DNA of 39,004 bases from a virus (IMGVR_UViG_3300033067_001561:1-39004); one strand, 5' to 3'. Numbered from the stretch's first letter, positions 1-9,173 are shown. A program made the numbers and translations. Notes: generated by a model not told the origin, from the sequence alone.

Positions 1-150
1 GAGTATGTAATAAGAACCATTCAAACAGTTGTCTCTCCAGATACTATTGATACTCAGATTGTAGAGATTGATACTCAGATAGGAACGCTCACTGCTCAGA
101 AAGATGAAATTGTTTCCATCGGAGCACAAATAGCAGTTCAAGCACTATAA
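1..150 (+). CDS. 3' end of a hypothetical (tail-region) protein, truncated by the window edge
   Basis: Frame 1 is open from base 1 (EYVIRTIQ...AVQAL) to TAA at 148-150. Confidence 0.6.
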   Translation, partial: EYVIRTIQTVVSPDTIDTQIVEIDTQIGTLTAQKDEIVSIGAQIAVQAL

Positions 151-195
151 AAGTGTGTTATAATATATGTACTTATACTAATAACCATAAACCAC

Positions 196-507
196 ATGGA
201 ATTAACTATGGCAGACAGATTTTTATTACCTAACGTATTGCCTAAAGAAGGTAATATGAAGGAAGTAATTATACGAAAAGACATCAAGAAAAAAGTTTCA
301 TTCACACAAAAAGAACTATTAAAGTATGGAGTTGAAGTACAAAAAGATCAAATACAGTGGAACGAGGAAGCTAGTAAAGCTAAGTTTAAAATAGACTTCA
401 CTGACTGGGAACAAGAACAAGTAAAAATAGGTCTAGAAATAATGGACAAAGACAAACGACTTACTGAGGAGTTTGAACATTTATATGAATTGTTTATAAA
501 AATATAA
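196..507 (+). CDS. Hypothetical protein, possibly tail-fibre assembly-related
   Basis: 103-aa ORF preceded by TATAAT and flanked by tail-like genes; function inferred from position only. Confidence 0.6.
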   Translation: MELTMADRFLLPNVLPKEGNMKEVIIRKDIKKKVSFTQKELLKYGVEVQKDQIQWNEEASKAKFKIDFTDWEQEQVKIGLEIMDKDKRLTEEFEHLYELFIKI

Positions 508-508
508 A

Positions 509-564
509 CAAGACTATCAATCTGAGGATGCATATACCAATATCATCCTCATTGCAGTAGCTTG
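509..564 (+). other. Intergenic stem-loop
   Basis: TGAGGATG (523-530) / CATCCTCA (544-551), extended by CAAG/CTTG. Confidence 0.45.
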
Positions 565-592
565 GATTTTTACCAACTATTAGCTTAAACGC

Positions 593-1714
593 ATGGCAGG
601 AACTTACGTACATGGAAAAGAATTACGAGATTTAAAAGTAACAAAGGGGACAGGGCTAACGGTAGGAATCGCTTCTGGCAATTATAATATTGCTGGTATC
701 GAAGGAAACTATGCTGGGATAACAAACCAAGCGGTTACAGACAATACTACAAACTATGTGGAGATGGACAACACTGGCGCTATTAGTGTGAATACTAGTG
801 GTTTTACTGCTGCTTATTTGCACCTTGCTACGGTCATTACAGCTAGTGGAAGTGTTTCTTCAATCACAGACAAGCGAACATTTGTAACCAATGCAGGAGC
901 AGGTGTTGGAACGGCTATTTGGAGACAAGGAACTCCGACAGGAACTATTGATGGAACAAATACAACATTCACACTACCTAATACCCCAGACGCATCAAGC
1001 TTGTTGCTTATATTAGATGGTTCTCCAATGGATCCAGGAGTAGGTGATGACTACACGCTCAGCGGTAGCACCATCACGTTTACAACAGCTCCGTTAACAG
1101 GAAGCAAGCTTGCATATTGGTATACGCTTAGTACGCCAGTATCACCAGCTGCTACTGACGGTCTTTTGGTGGCTACAGGAACGGTGGTGGTAGGTCTCAG
1201 CGCTGCACCAGCAGCAGGGCAGGTATTAGTAGCTACAAGCGCATCTAACGCAGCATGGGCAAATATAAGCGCTCATGGGCTAAAGAACGCAAGCGGAAAC
1301 GTAGATGGCTCAAGCTCAGCTGCACCAGCAGCAGGGCAAGTCCCAGTTGCTACAGGCACAACAACAATGCAATGGAGCAATCCAAAGCCATTCCTAACAC
1401 AGACAGTAACAGGTACAGCTCAGACGGTCGTACCTAATACAGCCTACCTAGCTAATAACGCAGGGCTTGTGACTTTTACACTTCCTGTATCAGCTACGGT
1501 TGGTGATATGTTTGTAGTACAAGGACTTGCTGCTGGAGGATGGAGAATATCACAGAGTGCTCTACAAAGTATTATTATGGATACAACAACTTCTACAGTA
1601 GGAGTAACTGGGTACATAGCAAGCACATATAGATACAATACTGTGCAGCTTATGTATATCAATACTGATACGTGGAAAGTGATGAGCAAAGACGGAACTT
1701 TAACAATAGCTTAA
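593..1714 (+). CDS. Tail fibre / virion structural protein, multi-domain beta-rich
   Basis: Thr/Gly/Ala-rich; GTIDGTNTTFTL...DYTLSGSTITFTTAP module; two AAPAAGQV-x-VAT...W repeats; C-terminal NNAGLVTFTLP...GGWRI module typical of fibre proteins. Confidence 0.75.
   Translation: MAGTYVHGKELRDLKVTKGTGLTVGIASGNYNIAGIEGNYAGITNQAVTDNTTNYVEMDNTGAISVNTSGFTAAYLHLATVITASGSVSSITDKRTFVTNAGAGVGTAIWRQGTPTGTIDGTNTTFTLPNTPDASSLLLILDGSPMDPGVGDDYTLSGSTITFTTAPLTGSKLAYWYTLSTPVSPAATDGLLVATGTVVVGLSAAPAAGQVLVATSASNAAWANISAHGLKNASGNVDGSSSAAPAAGQVPVATGTTTMQWSNPKPFLTQTVTGTAQTVVPNTAYLANNAGLVTFTLPVSATVGDMFVVQGLAAGGWRISQSALQSIIMDTTTSTVGVTGYIASTYRYNTVQLMYINTDTWKVMSKDGTLTIA
1202..1338 (+). repeat. 20-bp direct repeat inside the fibre gene
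   Basis: GCTGCACCAGCAGCAGGGCA at 1202-1221 and 1319-1338, encoding the AAPAAGQ repeats. Confidence 0.8.
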
Positions 1715-1721
1715 TTGATAT

Positions 1722-3008
1722 ATGGCAGAAACTAAAAAAAGATTAGACGAACGAACAATAGGTCGTATACCAGTTGCAGCATCATTTGCTAGTAGTTCAG
1801 CTGGTAGTGATACATATGCTATTACACTTACTCCAGCTCCTACGGCGTATGAGACTGGTAGAGTGTATATATTCAAAGCAGACGTAGCTAACACTGGAGC
1901 AGCAACACTAAATGTAAATGCACTCGGAGCTAAGACAATAAAGAAAAACTCTACAAGCGATCTTGCAGACAATGATATATTAGCTGGTTCTATTATTACA
2001 TGTATCTATGATGGCACTAATATGCAAGCTGTTTCTGGGCTAACAAAGCTACCTTCCACATCTTATTTTGGTGGTACTGGAGCTGATGGAGCTATTGATG
2101 GAAGTGCTAACGTAACCATAACAGGAAGCAATGATACGTATATTGAGAAGAATTATACATCTATAGCAGCAGCTTCAGGTAGTAAAACATTCACTATCAC
2201 TCCAACAAACTGCGTTCTACATGTAAAAGTATCTGGTAATGCAGACTTTACAGGATGGACTATCAACCTAAATAGCAAAGGTGGTCCAGCTGGATCAGGA
2301 GGAAGTGGAGGAGCGAGCCCAAGTGCAGGAGGAAGTGGCACACCAGGAAAAAGCTATGTAACTAACACAGGAACCGCAGGTAGCGGTGCAGCTGGACAAT
2401 ATGCTGGTAGTGTTACAACATTAACAAGCGCTGGCGGGACAGCTGGTGAGGCTAGTGGAATTGTCGGTATCAAAGAAGCTATTGCTGCGAGCAAAGTAAT
2501 ACTTATAGCTCCAGGAGGAGGAGGAGCTGGAGGTGGGGGAGGATATTCCCCATCAGACAATGCAGCAGGAGGTGCAGGTGGAGCTGGTGGAGGATGTATT
2601 CTTATTGAGGTAGCTGGAAATATTACTTTCTCAGGGACTACTATCACTGCTACAGGTGCGAATGGAAGTGTGGGGGCAACGTCTACATCAACCTACAACA
2701 CAGGTGGTGGTGGCGGGGGTGGAGGTGGAGGTGGGTCTGTAGTTATATTGTACGGAGGAACAATAACTGGATCCAACACACCTACAGTAACTGGAGGTAA
2801 TGGAGCACTTGGAGGGCTTAGAGGCGCTGCTGGTGGTGGAACAACACAATGTTCAGGAGCTGGAGGAGCTGGTGGTGGTTCAGCAGCAGGAAAGGGTACC
2901 AGTGCAGGTACAGTGACAAATGTATCAAGCAATGACGGTATAGCGAATGGAGGTACGGCTGGTACCGCAGGGTACTATCTGATCACAAGTAATAAGTTTG
3001 TTATATAA
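1722..3008 (+). CDS. Glycine-rich tail fibre / receptor-binding protein
   Basis: N-terminal NTGAATLNVN..G.K.I...YDGTN fibre domain, followed by long GGxGGxG polyglycine tracts. Confidence 0.8.
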   Translation: MAETKKRLDERTIGRIPVAASFASSSAGSDTYAITLTPAPTAYETGRVYIFKADVANTGAATLNVNALGAKTIKKNSTSDLADNDILAGSIITCIYDGTNMQAVSGLTKLPSTSYFGGTGADGAIDGSANVTITGSNDTYIEKNYTSIAAASGSKTFTITPTNCVLHVKVSGNADFTGWTINLNSKGGPAGSGGSGGASPSAGGSGTPGKSYVTNTGTAGSGAAGQYAGSVTTLTSAGGTAGEASGIVGIKEAIAASKVILIAPGGGGAGGGGGYSPSDNAAGGAGGAGGGCILIEVAGNITFSGTTITATGANGSVGATSTSTYNTGGGGGGGGGGGSVVILYGGTITGSNTPTVTGGNGALGGLRGAAGGGTTQCSGAGGAGGGSAAGKGTSAGTVTNVSSNDGIANGGTAGTAGYYLITSNKFVI

Positions 3009-3011
3009 TCT

Positions 3012-3047
3012 AAAAAGAGCTTCCTTCACTGGAGGCTCTTTTTTTTT
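3012..3047 (+). terminator. Rho-independent terminator after the tail genes
   Basis: AAAAAGAGCTTCC-ttcact-GGAGGCTCTTTTT followed by a T run. Confidence 0.85.
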
Positions 3048-3143
3048 ATGTTCAACTGTTTTCGATCTCAAAATAGGCTATAATATAGATCGGTGGTTAT
3101 TCATTCATGATAATTTTTTATAAGATTTTACCTATAGCACACG

Positions 3144-3725
3144 ATGGAGCAAAATACGAATGAAAAATATGGAAAAATACACCGAGAAATTAAGAGAGAT
3201 CGTATAAGGCAAAATGGAAATAGCTGTGAGCTTACTGGGCAGAAGCCAGATAATGACCACAAGATTCATTGTCATCATCTACAAAAAATATCTTTAGCAT
3301 TCTTAGTTCAGTCTCACATTAAGGAGAACATGAGGAATATTATTGATACTATTCATGCAGACTTCCATGAGAATACAGATAGTGATATAGAGGATGGGAA
3401 GCTTATATATAAGCGACAGGAATATGCAAAGCGAGTTTATCAAGACCCAACGAATGAAGAGCATAGGAAGAAGCTTGATGATGCAGACGCTAAGCTAATA
3501 CCAGAGTACATTGATAAGATGATGAACCTCCCAGAAGAATATGGGGAGGTGTATCAGCGTCATGCTCTTATTGGTGCGTATGAAACCAACAAGGCGCTCA
3601 TGATTAAGGCTAGGGAAAGCGAGCTTGAGATAGCAAGGCTAAAGGAAGAGATTGAAGTATTAAAGAATAGAACTAAAGCTAAAGTAATACAAATTGTAGA
3701 TTATAGACATGCTAAATATGAATAA
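3144..3725 (+). CDS. HNH-like endonuclease with C-terminal coiled coil
   Basis: CELTG...HCHH...EN...HADFH pattern; heptad-rich C-terminus. Confidence 0.55.
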   Translation: MEQNTNEKYGKIHREIKRDRIRQNGNSCELTGQKPDNDHKIHCHHLQKISLAFLVQSHIKENMRNIIDTIHADFHENTDSDIEDGKLIYKRQEYAKRVYQDPTNEEHRKKLDDADAKLIPEYIDKMMNLPEEYGEVYQRHALIGAYETNKALMIKARESELEIARLKEEIEVLKNRTKAKVIQIVDYRHAKYE

Positions 3726-3729
3726 ATTA

Positions 3730-3758
3730 TTGACTTAATTTATGTATTATTATATATT
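3730..3758 (+). promoter_or_regulatory. Sigma70-type promoter
   Basis: TTGACT-17 nt-TATATT. Confidence 0.6.
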
Positions 3759-3785
3759 CCATTTGCTATTTATTTATACATTTAT

Positions 3786-4409
3786 ATGGAAACAGTAATC
3801 TTTGGAGGACCATTTAATACAGGTAAATCTACCACATTTAATGCAGTTAAAGAAGAATATGCAGAAGATAATAGATTTATGTTTGTTGAAGAAGAAGCAA
3901 GGAAAATAATAGAAAAATCACAAAAATCAGTAAAAGATTTTACTAAAGAAGAGATGGTAGATATGCAAATAGATCTTATAGAGAAAAACATACGTGATGA
4001 ATCTATTGCAAGCGAGAATGGACAAATTGCAGTATTAGAGACATCTATTATAGAGAATATTGCATATATCCAAGACCATGTAAATAAACATCTTTATAAG
4101 ATATTAAATAATATATTATCTACAAGAGCTCCTAGTTATCGTTATATTTACTTTCCTCCTAAATCAAGAATTGCATTACTTGACGATGGAATACGTCATG
4201 TAGATAAAGATGATGAAAAGCAAGCAAGAGATTTCCAAAATTTAATAGGTTCACGTATTAAAATTCTTCTTAAAGAACATAATATACAAAGCTATACAAT
4301 GGAATATATAGATAAAGAAACAAGAAAAAATATAGCTATAGAGAATTTAGAGCATATAGCAAGAGAGAATAAGCTCTATAAACCAATTAAGTGGACTTTA
4401 AGTACATAA
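3786..4409 (+). CDS. NadR/TTD14-type (AAA_28) P-loop NTPase, possible nucleotide kinase
   Basis: N-terminal Walker A GGPFNTGKST, VEEEAR and DDGIR motifs. Confidence 0.75.
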   Translation: METVIFGGPFNTGKSTTFNAVKEEYAEDNRFMFVEEEARKIIEKSQKSVKDFTKEEMVDMQIDLIEKNIRDESIASENGQIAVLETSIIENIAYIQDHVNKHLYKILNNILSTRAPSYRYIYFPPKSRIALLDDGIRHVDKDDEKQARDFQNLIGSRIKILLKEHNIQSYTMEYIDKETRKNIAIENLEHIARENKLYKPIKWTLST

Positions 4410-4419
4410 TAACTAATAT

Positions 4420-4596
4420 ATGCAAGATAATAGTAAACGAACAAAATGTGAAGTATGGACTCGTGTCATGGGGTATCATCGCCCAGTGAGTCAGTATAAT
4501 GTGGGGAAAAAATCTGAGTTTTATTCTCGTATTTATTTCCAATATTCAAAGCAAAGAAATGAGCTATTTAAGAAAAAGTACGAAAAAAATAAGTAA
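4420..4596 (+). CDS. Stand-alone glycyl-radical peptide resembling the class III RNR (NrdD) C-terminus, 58 aa
   Basis: Below the ORF-track cut-off; my translation MQDNSKRTKCEVWTRVMGYHRPVSQYNVGKKSEFYSRIYF... carries the NrdD RVxGY and N-x-GK-x-x-E-x-x-x-R motifs. Confidence 0.85.
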   Translation: MQDNSKRTKCEVWTRVMGYHRPVSQYNVGKKSEFYSRIYFQYSKQRNELFKKKYEKNK

Positions 4597-4598
4597 TA

Positions 4599-4655
4599 AT
4601 AAAACAGCATAATCTCTCATGCTGTTTTATAAACCCTACAAAATAGTGGGGTTTA
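4599..4655. terminator. Two tandem hairpins (bidirectional terminator) between convergent genes
   Basis: ATAAAACAGCAT/ATGCTGTTTTAT (4599-4630) and TAAACCCTAC/GTGGGGTTTA (4630-4655). Confidence 0.75.
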
Positions 4656-4949
4656 TTTCATTACTAATGTAACAAGCGCAACTACTACAGATCCAGAAAT
4701 TATAGCAACAAGCCCATATACGATGTTTTTTGTTGGGACAAGATCATTTTCAAGTAATTTTATTGCTGATTGTACCTCAAATTTAGTAGCATATTTATCT
4801 TCCATTTTTTTGTCAATTCTTTCAAAGCCTTGCTTCATGTCTTTACGTAGACCATCTACACTCTCTTTCATATCTTCGTTCTGTTTAGCCATGTTTTCTA
4901 TATGTGTTACAATAACATCCAATGAGAGCTCTCGTGTATTAGTATCCAT
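4653..4949 (-). CDS. Coiled-coil protein with C-terminal transmembrane helix (lysis-module accessory)
   Basis: Heptad-rich N-terminus; hydrophobic IVYGLVAIISGSVVVALVTLV C-terminus. Confidence 0.65.
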   Translation of the reverse strand: MDTNTRELSLDVIVTHIENMAKQNEDMKESVDGLRKDMKQGFERIDKKMEDKYATKFEVQSAIKLLENDLVPTKNIVYGLVAIISGSVVVALVTLVMK

Positions 4950-4995
4950 GCTACAGTCAAAAAATAATCTATATAATTATACAATAATAAATATA

Positions 4996-5021
4996 AAAAG
5001 GCTATACGTATATAGCCTTTT
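4996..5021 (-). terminator. Terminator after the CHAP gene
   Basis: AAAAGGCTATA-cgta-TATAGCCTTTT perfect stem. Confidence 0.8.
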
Positions 5022-5030
5022 GTGAATTTT

Positions 5031-5498
5031 TTATTGAGTAATGAAGTTTTCCTTACCACTCAACTTAATTGTTCTAGTTGTTATTTTACCTGGCACATAG
5101 TTTGCTTCCCGTACTGTAATAGTTCCAGGTGCAGAAGCGATTACTACACTCACATGTCCATCCTTAGATAGCCGTGGCTCAGAGAGCACTGCTCCTACCT
5201 TTGGGGTATTAGTGACTGTATAACCTTTGCTTGCTGCTTGCTTCGCCCATGTATTAGCGTTTCCATACAATTGTATGCCTGTAGCTTGCCGAGCATACTG
5301 AACACACTGTATACCACCTGATATACGTTTTGTTGGGACTACTTTTGTTTTAGCACGTTGCTTTACTGCTACCTTCTTAGGTAACGGTTCTTTAAAGCTT
5401 TCTAGTGTAATGGTAATTGTTTGTGGTATGTCTTTGATGTTTGGCAAGTCTTGTCTATGCGCAGTTACTTGAAGTAAAAGAGCTAGGAGCATGTCCAT
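5031..5498 (-). CDS. CHAP-domain peptidoglycan hydrolase with hydrophobic N-terminus
   Basis: QCVQYA (catalytic Cys), GNANTW, PKVGAV, GHVSVV (His), EANY. Confidence 0.9.
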   Translation of the reverse strand: MDMLLALLLQVTAHRQDLPNIKDIPQTITITLESFKEPLPKKVAVKQRAKTKVVPTKRISGGIQCVQYARQATGIQLYGNANTWAKQAASKGYTVTNTPKVGAVLSEPRLSKDGHVSVVIASAPGTITVREANYVPGKITTRTIKLSGKENFITQ

Positions 5499-5628
5499 AA
5501 TCTAGTTTTAACCGATAAAAGGTCGTTGTGCGGTATTCATATTTGACCATAAGCAAAATAGCTTACTCGATAAGTATATCATAAAAAATGACTTTGTGGT
5601 ATACTATATACAATTTAACAACGTGTAT

Positions 5629-6330
5629 ATGAAAGACAAAATATCAGAAACTCGTTTGCTGAAGCTAAATCCTGTAATGCAAGATAAGGCTAAAGCATTT
5701 ATAGAAGCATTAGAAAATAAAGGATTAAGCCCTAGAATAGTACAAGGATTACGAACCATTGATGAACAAAACGCTCTTTATGCTCAAGGTAGAACGAAGC
5801 CTGGGAAAATTGTCACCAACGCCAAAGGAGGAACTTCATGGCACAACTATGGTGTAGCTATTGATATAGCCTTCATGAACAAAGATGGATCCGTAGACTT
5901 TAATGTATCAGATGAGATTGGAGTACTAGGTGAAGATATGGGCTTTGAATGGGGACATCGTTGGGTGAGGTTTGGTATTGATGACCGTCCACACTTTCAA
6001 CTTACAGGACTACCAGCAAATCCCCTGAGCATAACTAAGGCTCAAATGGATAAGATTATATCTTCACAAAAAATTATGAACCCAGTACAAATACCAGCAG
6101 TACAACATGTAAGCGATTGGGCAGCCTCCGCAGTAGAGAAAGCTAAAGCAAAAGGAGTAGCTTCAGACTGGTCCAGACCACAAGACCCTATTGATACAAA
6201 GACATTAGCAATAATGCTCTATCGTGTAGGACTTCTTACAATCAACCCAGAAACAACTACAGACCCAGCACAGCAATACCTTTCAAAGGAAAAGTTTGCA
6301 GTAGTATTAGATAGATTAGGTAAATTATGA
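5629..6330 (+). CDS. Endolysin: M15-family (L-Ala-D-Glu-type) peptidase with SLH-like C-terminal module
   Basis: GLRTIDEQNALYAQGRT, SWHNYGVAID, EWG, DRPHFQ; C-terminal SDWA..AV...G....P...I..K.LA.MLYR; ATG 5629 preferred over GTG 5596. Confidence 0.9.
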   Translation: MKDKISETRLLKLNPVMQDKAKAFIEALENKGLSPRIVQGLRTIDEQNALYAQGRTKPGKIVTNAKGGTSWHNYGVAIDIAFMNKDGSVDFNVSDEIGVLGEDMGFEWGHRWVRFGIDDRPHFQLTGLPANPLSITKAQMDKIISSQKIMNPVQIPAVQHVSDWAASAVEKAKAKGVASDWSRPQDPIDTKTLAIMLYRVGLLTINPETTTDPAQQYLSKEKFAVVLDRLGKL

Positions 6331-6363
6331 TAAAGAACTTCATTCTTTAAAGCAGATACACAG

Positions 6364-6645
6364 ATGGAAAACTCACACTGGCAGGAAATTATAGGATTAG
6401 TATTACCATGGATTCAGCTGCATATCAATCAGATAGCAAGCGTAGATCGTAAGATCGGACCGATTACTATTACTACCACAGAGCAGAGAATAGTGATTTC
6501 ATTTGGATTAGCGATTCTCGCTGGGCTCGTACTTACAGTCTATCAGGGGCAATTTGACCTAGGAGACCTTGCAGCAAGCTGTGGCAAAATCTTCGCATTG
6601 AGCCAAGTGGCTTACTATAGCGTATTCAGAAAGATTACTCAATAA
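6364..6645 (+). CDS. Putative holin
   Basis: 93 aa, 2-3 hydrophobic segments, basic C-terminus, directly after the endolysin. Confidence 0.7.
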   Translation: MENSHWQEIIGLVLPWIQLHINQIASVDRKIGPITITTTEQRIVISFGLAILAGLVLTVYQGQFDLGDLAASCGKIFALSQVAYYSVFRKITQ

Positions 6646-6663
6646 AACATTTTGGTTAGTGGC

Positions 6664-6729
6664 AGAAATCCCTATAGTAGGTGCAGTGAGGAAACTCGTG
6701 CTGTGTGGTAATCTACTATGGGGATTTTT
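6664..6729 (+). terminator. Long-stem terminator with an internal GAAA-tetraloop arm
   Basis: AGAAATCCCTATAGTAG / CTACTATGGGGATTTTT enclosing GCAGTGAG-GAAA-CTCGTGC. Confidence 0.7.
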
Positions 6730-6786
6730 GTATTGCGTTCGTCAACTATTTGTGTTATATAATGAGAGTATATATAACAACAGCAC

Positions 6787-8505
6787 ATGCAGATAGATAT
6801 TGATTATAAAAACGAGCGATTTATATTGAGCTTTAAGTTCGATTGGACCATCATAAAAGCCGTGAAAGAGGTAGATAGTAGAAAATGGAATGAAAGTACT
6901 AAGCAATGGAGTATATCAAGCGATTTAAATGCCATTAAACAGCTCCGCAGTGAGTGTTTCTGGTCTAAGGTCGACTTAGTGTTCACGGACGCAGCAGAGG
7001 GCAAAATAAAGCGATTGGAGAGGGATGTAGTAGAAAGAAAAGCCAAGAATAAAGAGATCGAATCATTAAAGGTCATTGAGGATACAAATTTAGACCTTTC
7101 AGCATATATTAATGCCGAGCTATTCCCATACCAAAAAATAGGGCATAAATTCCTAGAGCTCAATAATGGCGTTGGTATTATTGCAGACGAGCCTGGACTA
7201 GGTAAAACAATCCAAGCAATATCCTATGCAACCAAATACAGTAAAAATGTTTTGGTGGTATGCCCAGCTTCATTAAAGCTCAACTGGCAAGCTGAGGTGC
7301 ATAAGTTCGCTAAGAACGCTACGGTGCAAATACTCAATAGTGGGGATGAGGTTTGTATTAGCCAAGATCCTACGAAGACTCATTTTATCATTGTGAATTT
7401 TGAGCTCCTTATTGCACGGTCCAAGGATGCACAGCCTAGTTCATCCATAGCAAAGTCAATACGGCTGATAGATACAGTGATTATTGATGAAGCTCACCGC
7501 ATCAAGAACGTGCAAGCTAAGACTACCAAGTGGGTTCATAAGAATCTTGGGTCTATTAAAAGGCGAATACTCCTCACTGGTACGCCTATTAAGTCTCGTC
7601 CAATTGAGTATTTTAGTTTGCTCAAGTTTATAGATAGTAAGAAATGGTCAAACTATATCAAATACGGTATTGAATATTGCCATGGCTTCAAGGGTAGGTT
7701 TGGCTATGATTTTACTGGTGCCTCTAATTTGCATCAGCTTCATACTGAGACAAATCCATACATGATCCGTAGAAATAAGGCGGAGGTGCTTACAGAACTA
7801 CCAGAGAAGATCTATACGAGAACGCCAATACAGATGGATAAGAAGCAAATTAAAGAATACACAATACTAGAGAATATCTACCAAAGCGGTGCAGCTGGTC
7901 AAAAGACAGCATATCACCTAGCTAAACTTCAGGAAATGAAGCAGCTTACTTCAAATGTAAAAGTAGAAGCAGCAAAAGACATTATACAAACCATGATAGA
8001 TGCAGGGCAAAAAGTTGTAGTATTCAGCCAATACGTAGACATCACCAGGAATATCTACAATACATTCTTTGGTAAGTCTGTGATTATTACAGGATCAGTA
8101 AGTGAAGACGAACGCCATAGGGCAGTTACAGAGTTTCAGAATAACGATAAGCAACTTGTATTCTGTGGGACTATAGGTGCAGCTGGCGTTGGGCTAACCC
8201 TAACCGCATCAAATAATGTGCTCTTCATAGACCTTCCCTGGACTCCAGGAGACTTTGAACAAGCTTGCGACCGTTGCCATCGTATAGGTCAAAAGAACTC
8301 TGTAAACATCGTCATGCTAGAATGTCCCAATACCATTGATGAGTATATCTCCAATGTGCTTTATAACAAGCAAACAGTGATCTCAAAGATATTAGACAAC
8401 AAAGATTATAAGGCAACTACCAAGGTAAGCATCCTCGATGAAGTCATAAAGCTTATGAGCAAGAAGCGAAGCGTGGCTAAAAAACTTGCAAAAAAGAAGA
8501 AGTAA
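6787..8505 (+). CDS. SNF2-family helicase/translocase with N-terminal HARP-like domain
   Basis: ADEPGLGKT, DEAH, LTGTP, GVGLTL, QACDRCHRIGQ; N-terminal F.FD..II..VK...RKWN...KQW. Confidence 0.92.
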   Translation: MQIDIDYKNERFILSFKFDWTIIKAVKEVDSRKWNESTKQWSISSDLNAIKQLRSECFWSKVDLVFTDAAEGKIKRLERDVVERKAKNKEIESLKVIEDTNLDLSAYINAELFPYQKIGHKFLELNNGVGIIADEPGLGKTIQAISYATKYSKNVLVVCPASLKLNWQAEVHKFAKNATVQILNSGDEVCISQDPTKTHFIIVNFELLIARSKDAQPSSSIAKSIRLIDTVIIDEAHRIKNVQAKTTKWVHKNLGSIKRRILLTGTPIKSRPIEYFSLLKFIDSKKWSNYIKYGIEYCHGFKGRFGYDFTGASNLHQLHTETNPYMIRRNKAEVLTELPEKIYTRTPIQMDKKQIKEYTILENIYQSGAAGQKTAYHLAKLQEMKQLTSNVKVEAAKDIIQTMIDAGQKVVVFSQYVDITRNIYNTFFGKSVIITGSVSEDERHRAVTEFQNNDKQLVFCGTIGAAGVGLTLTASNNVLFIDLPWTPGDFEQACDRCHRIGQKNSVNIVMLECPNTIDEYISNVLYNKQTVISKILDNKDYKATTKVSILDEVIKLMSKKRSVAKKLAKKKK

Positions 8506-8542
8506 GATAGAGTGTAAAACAAATTAGCTTACTAAGTTTATC

Positions 8543-9022
8543 ATGATTCAATGTTCTCATTGTAATACATATAAACATGAGCATGAATATTATAAAGATA
8601 AGAAGCAATGTAAGGCATGTCACAGAGTTAAAAAGCGGCTATCATACTACTTTAAATCATCTGAGGATAAAAGGATAACAGCAGAAAGACAGGAAAAGAG
8701 GAGAAAAGAAAATATGCTGAAGATCATGCATATCAAGATGCAGCACGGCTGTATCGACTGTGGTAATAAGAATCCATTGCACCTAGACTTCGATCACCAA
8801 CATAGCAAGAAAAAGAATATCTCAAATATGAACACAGACAGCTGGGAGAATATCGAGCTAGAGATCAGCAAGTGCGAGATCAGATGTTCCAACTGCCACA
8901 GAACTAAAACACATCGAGAGAACAACTCCTTCACGTATACTACCTTTATGTCTATGTGTATTGAGGATGAATTTCATAGTACGAATACCATTACTGAGGA
9001 TTTTCTTGAGGGTTTGGAGTAA
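8543..9022 (+). CDS. HNH endonuclease with N-terminal zinc finger
   Basis: CSHC...CKAC; CIDCG...LDFDH...KCEIRCSNCH...H. Confidence 0.85.
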   Translation: MIQCSHCNTYKHEHEYYKDKKQCKACHRVKKRLSYYFKSSEDKRITAERQEKRRKENMLKIMHIKMQHGCIDCGNKNPLHLDFDHQHSKKKNISNMNTDSWENIELEISKCEIRCSNCHRTKTHRENNSFTYTTFMSMCIEDEFHSTNTITEDFLEGLE

Positions 9023-9173
9023 GCTTCTTTACTTCATGTTCGTGATACGTGTTTAATAATAATATAAAGAGCTGATTGAAGCTTATTCCTTTGGATAACT
9101 TCATTTCTTTGAGCTCATCTCGTACCTCATTAGCTATTCTGTATGAGTTCAATGGGTAAAAAGCGTTTCTCAT
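8991..9173 (-). CDS. Small ribbon-helix-helix-like DNA-binding protein
   Basis: SYRIANEVRDELKEMK...GISFNQLFILLL (strand-helix-helix); 16-bp palindrome TTAATATTAATATTAA just upstream (9180-9195). Confidence 0.55.
   Translation of the reverse strand: MRNAFYPLNSYRIANEVRDELKEMKLSKGISFNQLFILLLNTYHEHEVKKLTPNPQENPQ

Noticed and set aside
2153-2932. Pro-rich minus-strand ORFs
   Set aside because: Antisense shadows of the GGN-rich glycine codons of the fibre gene
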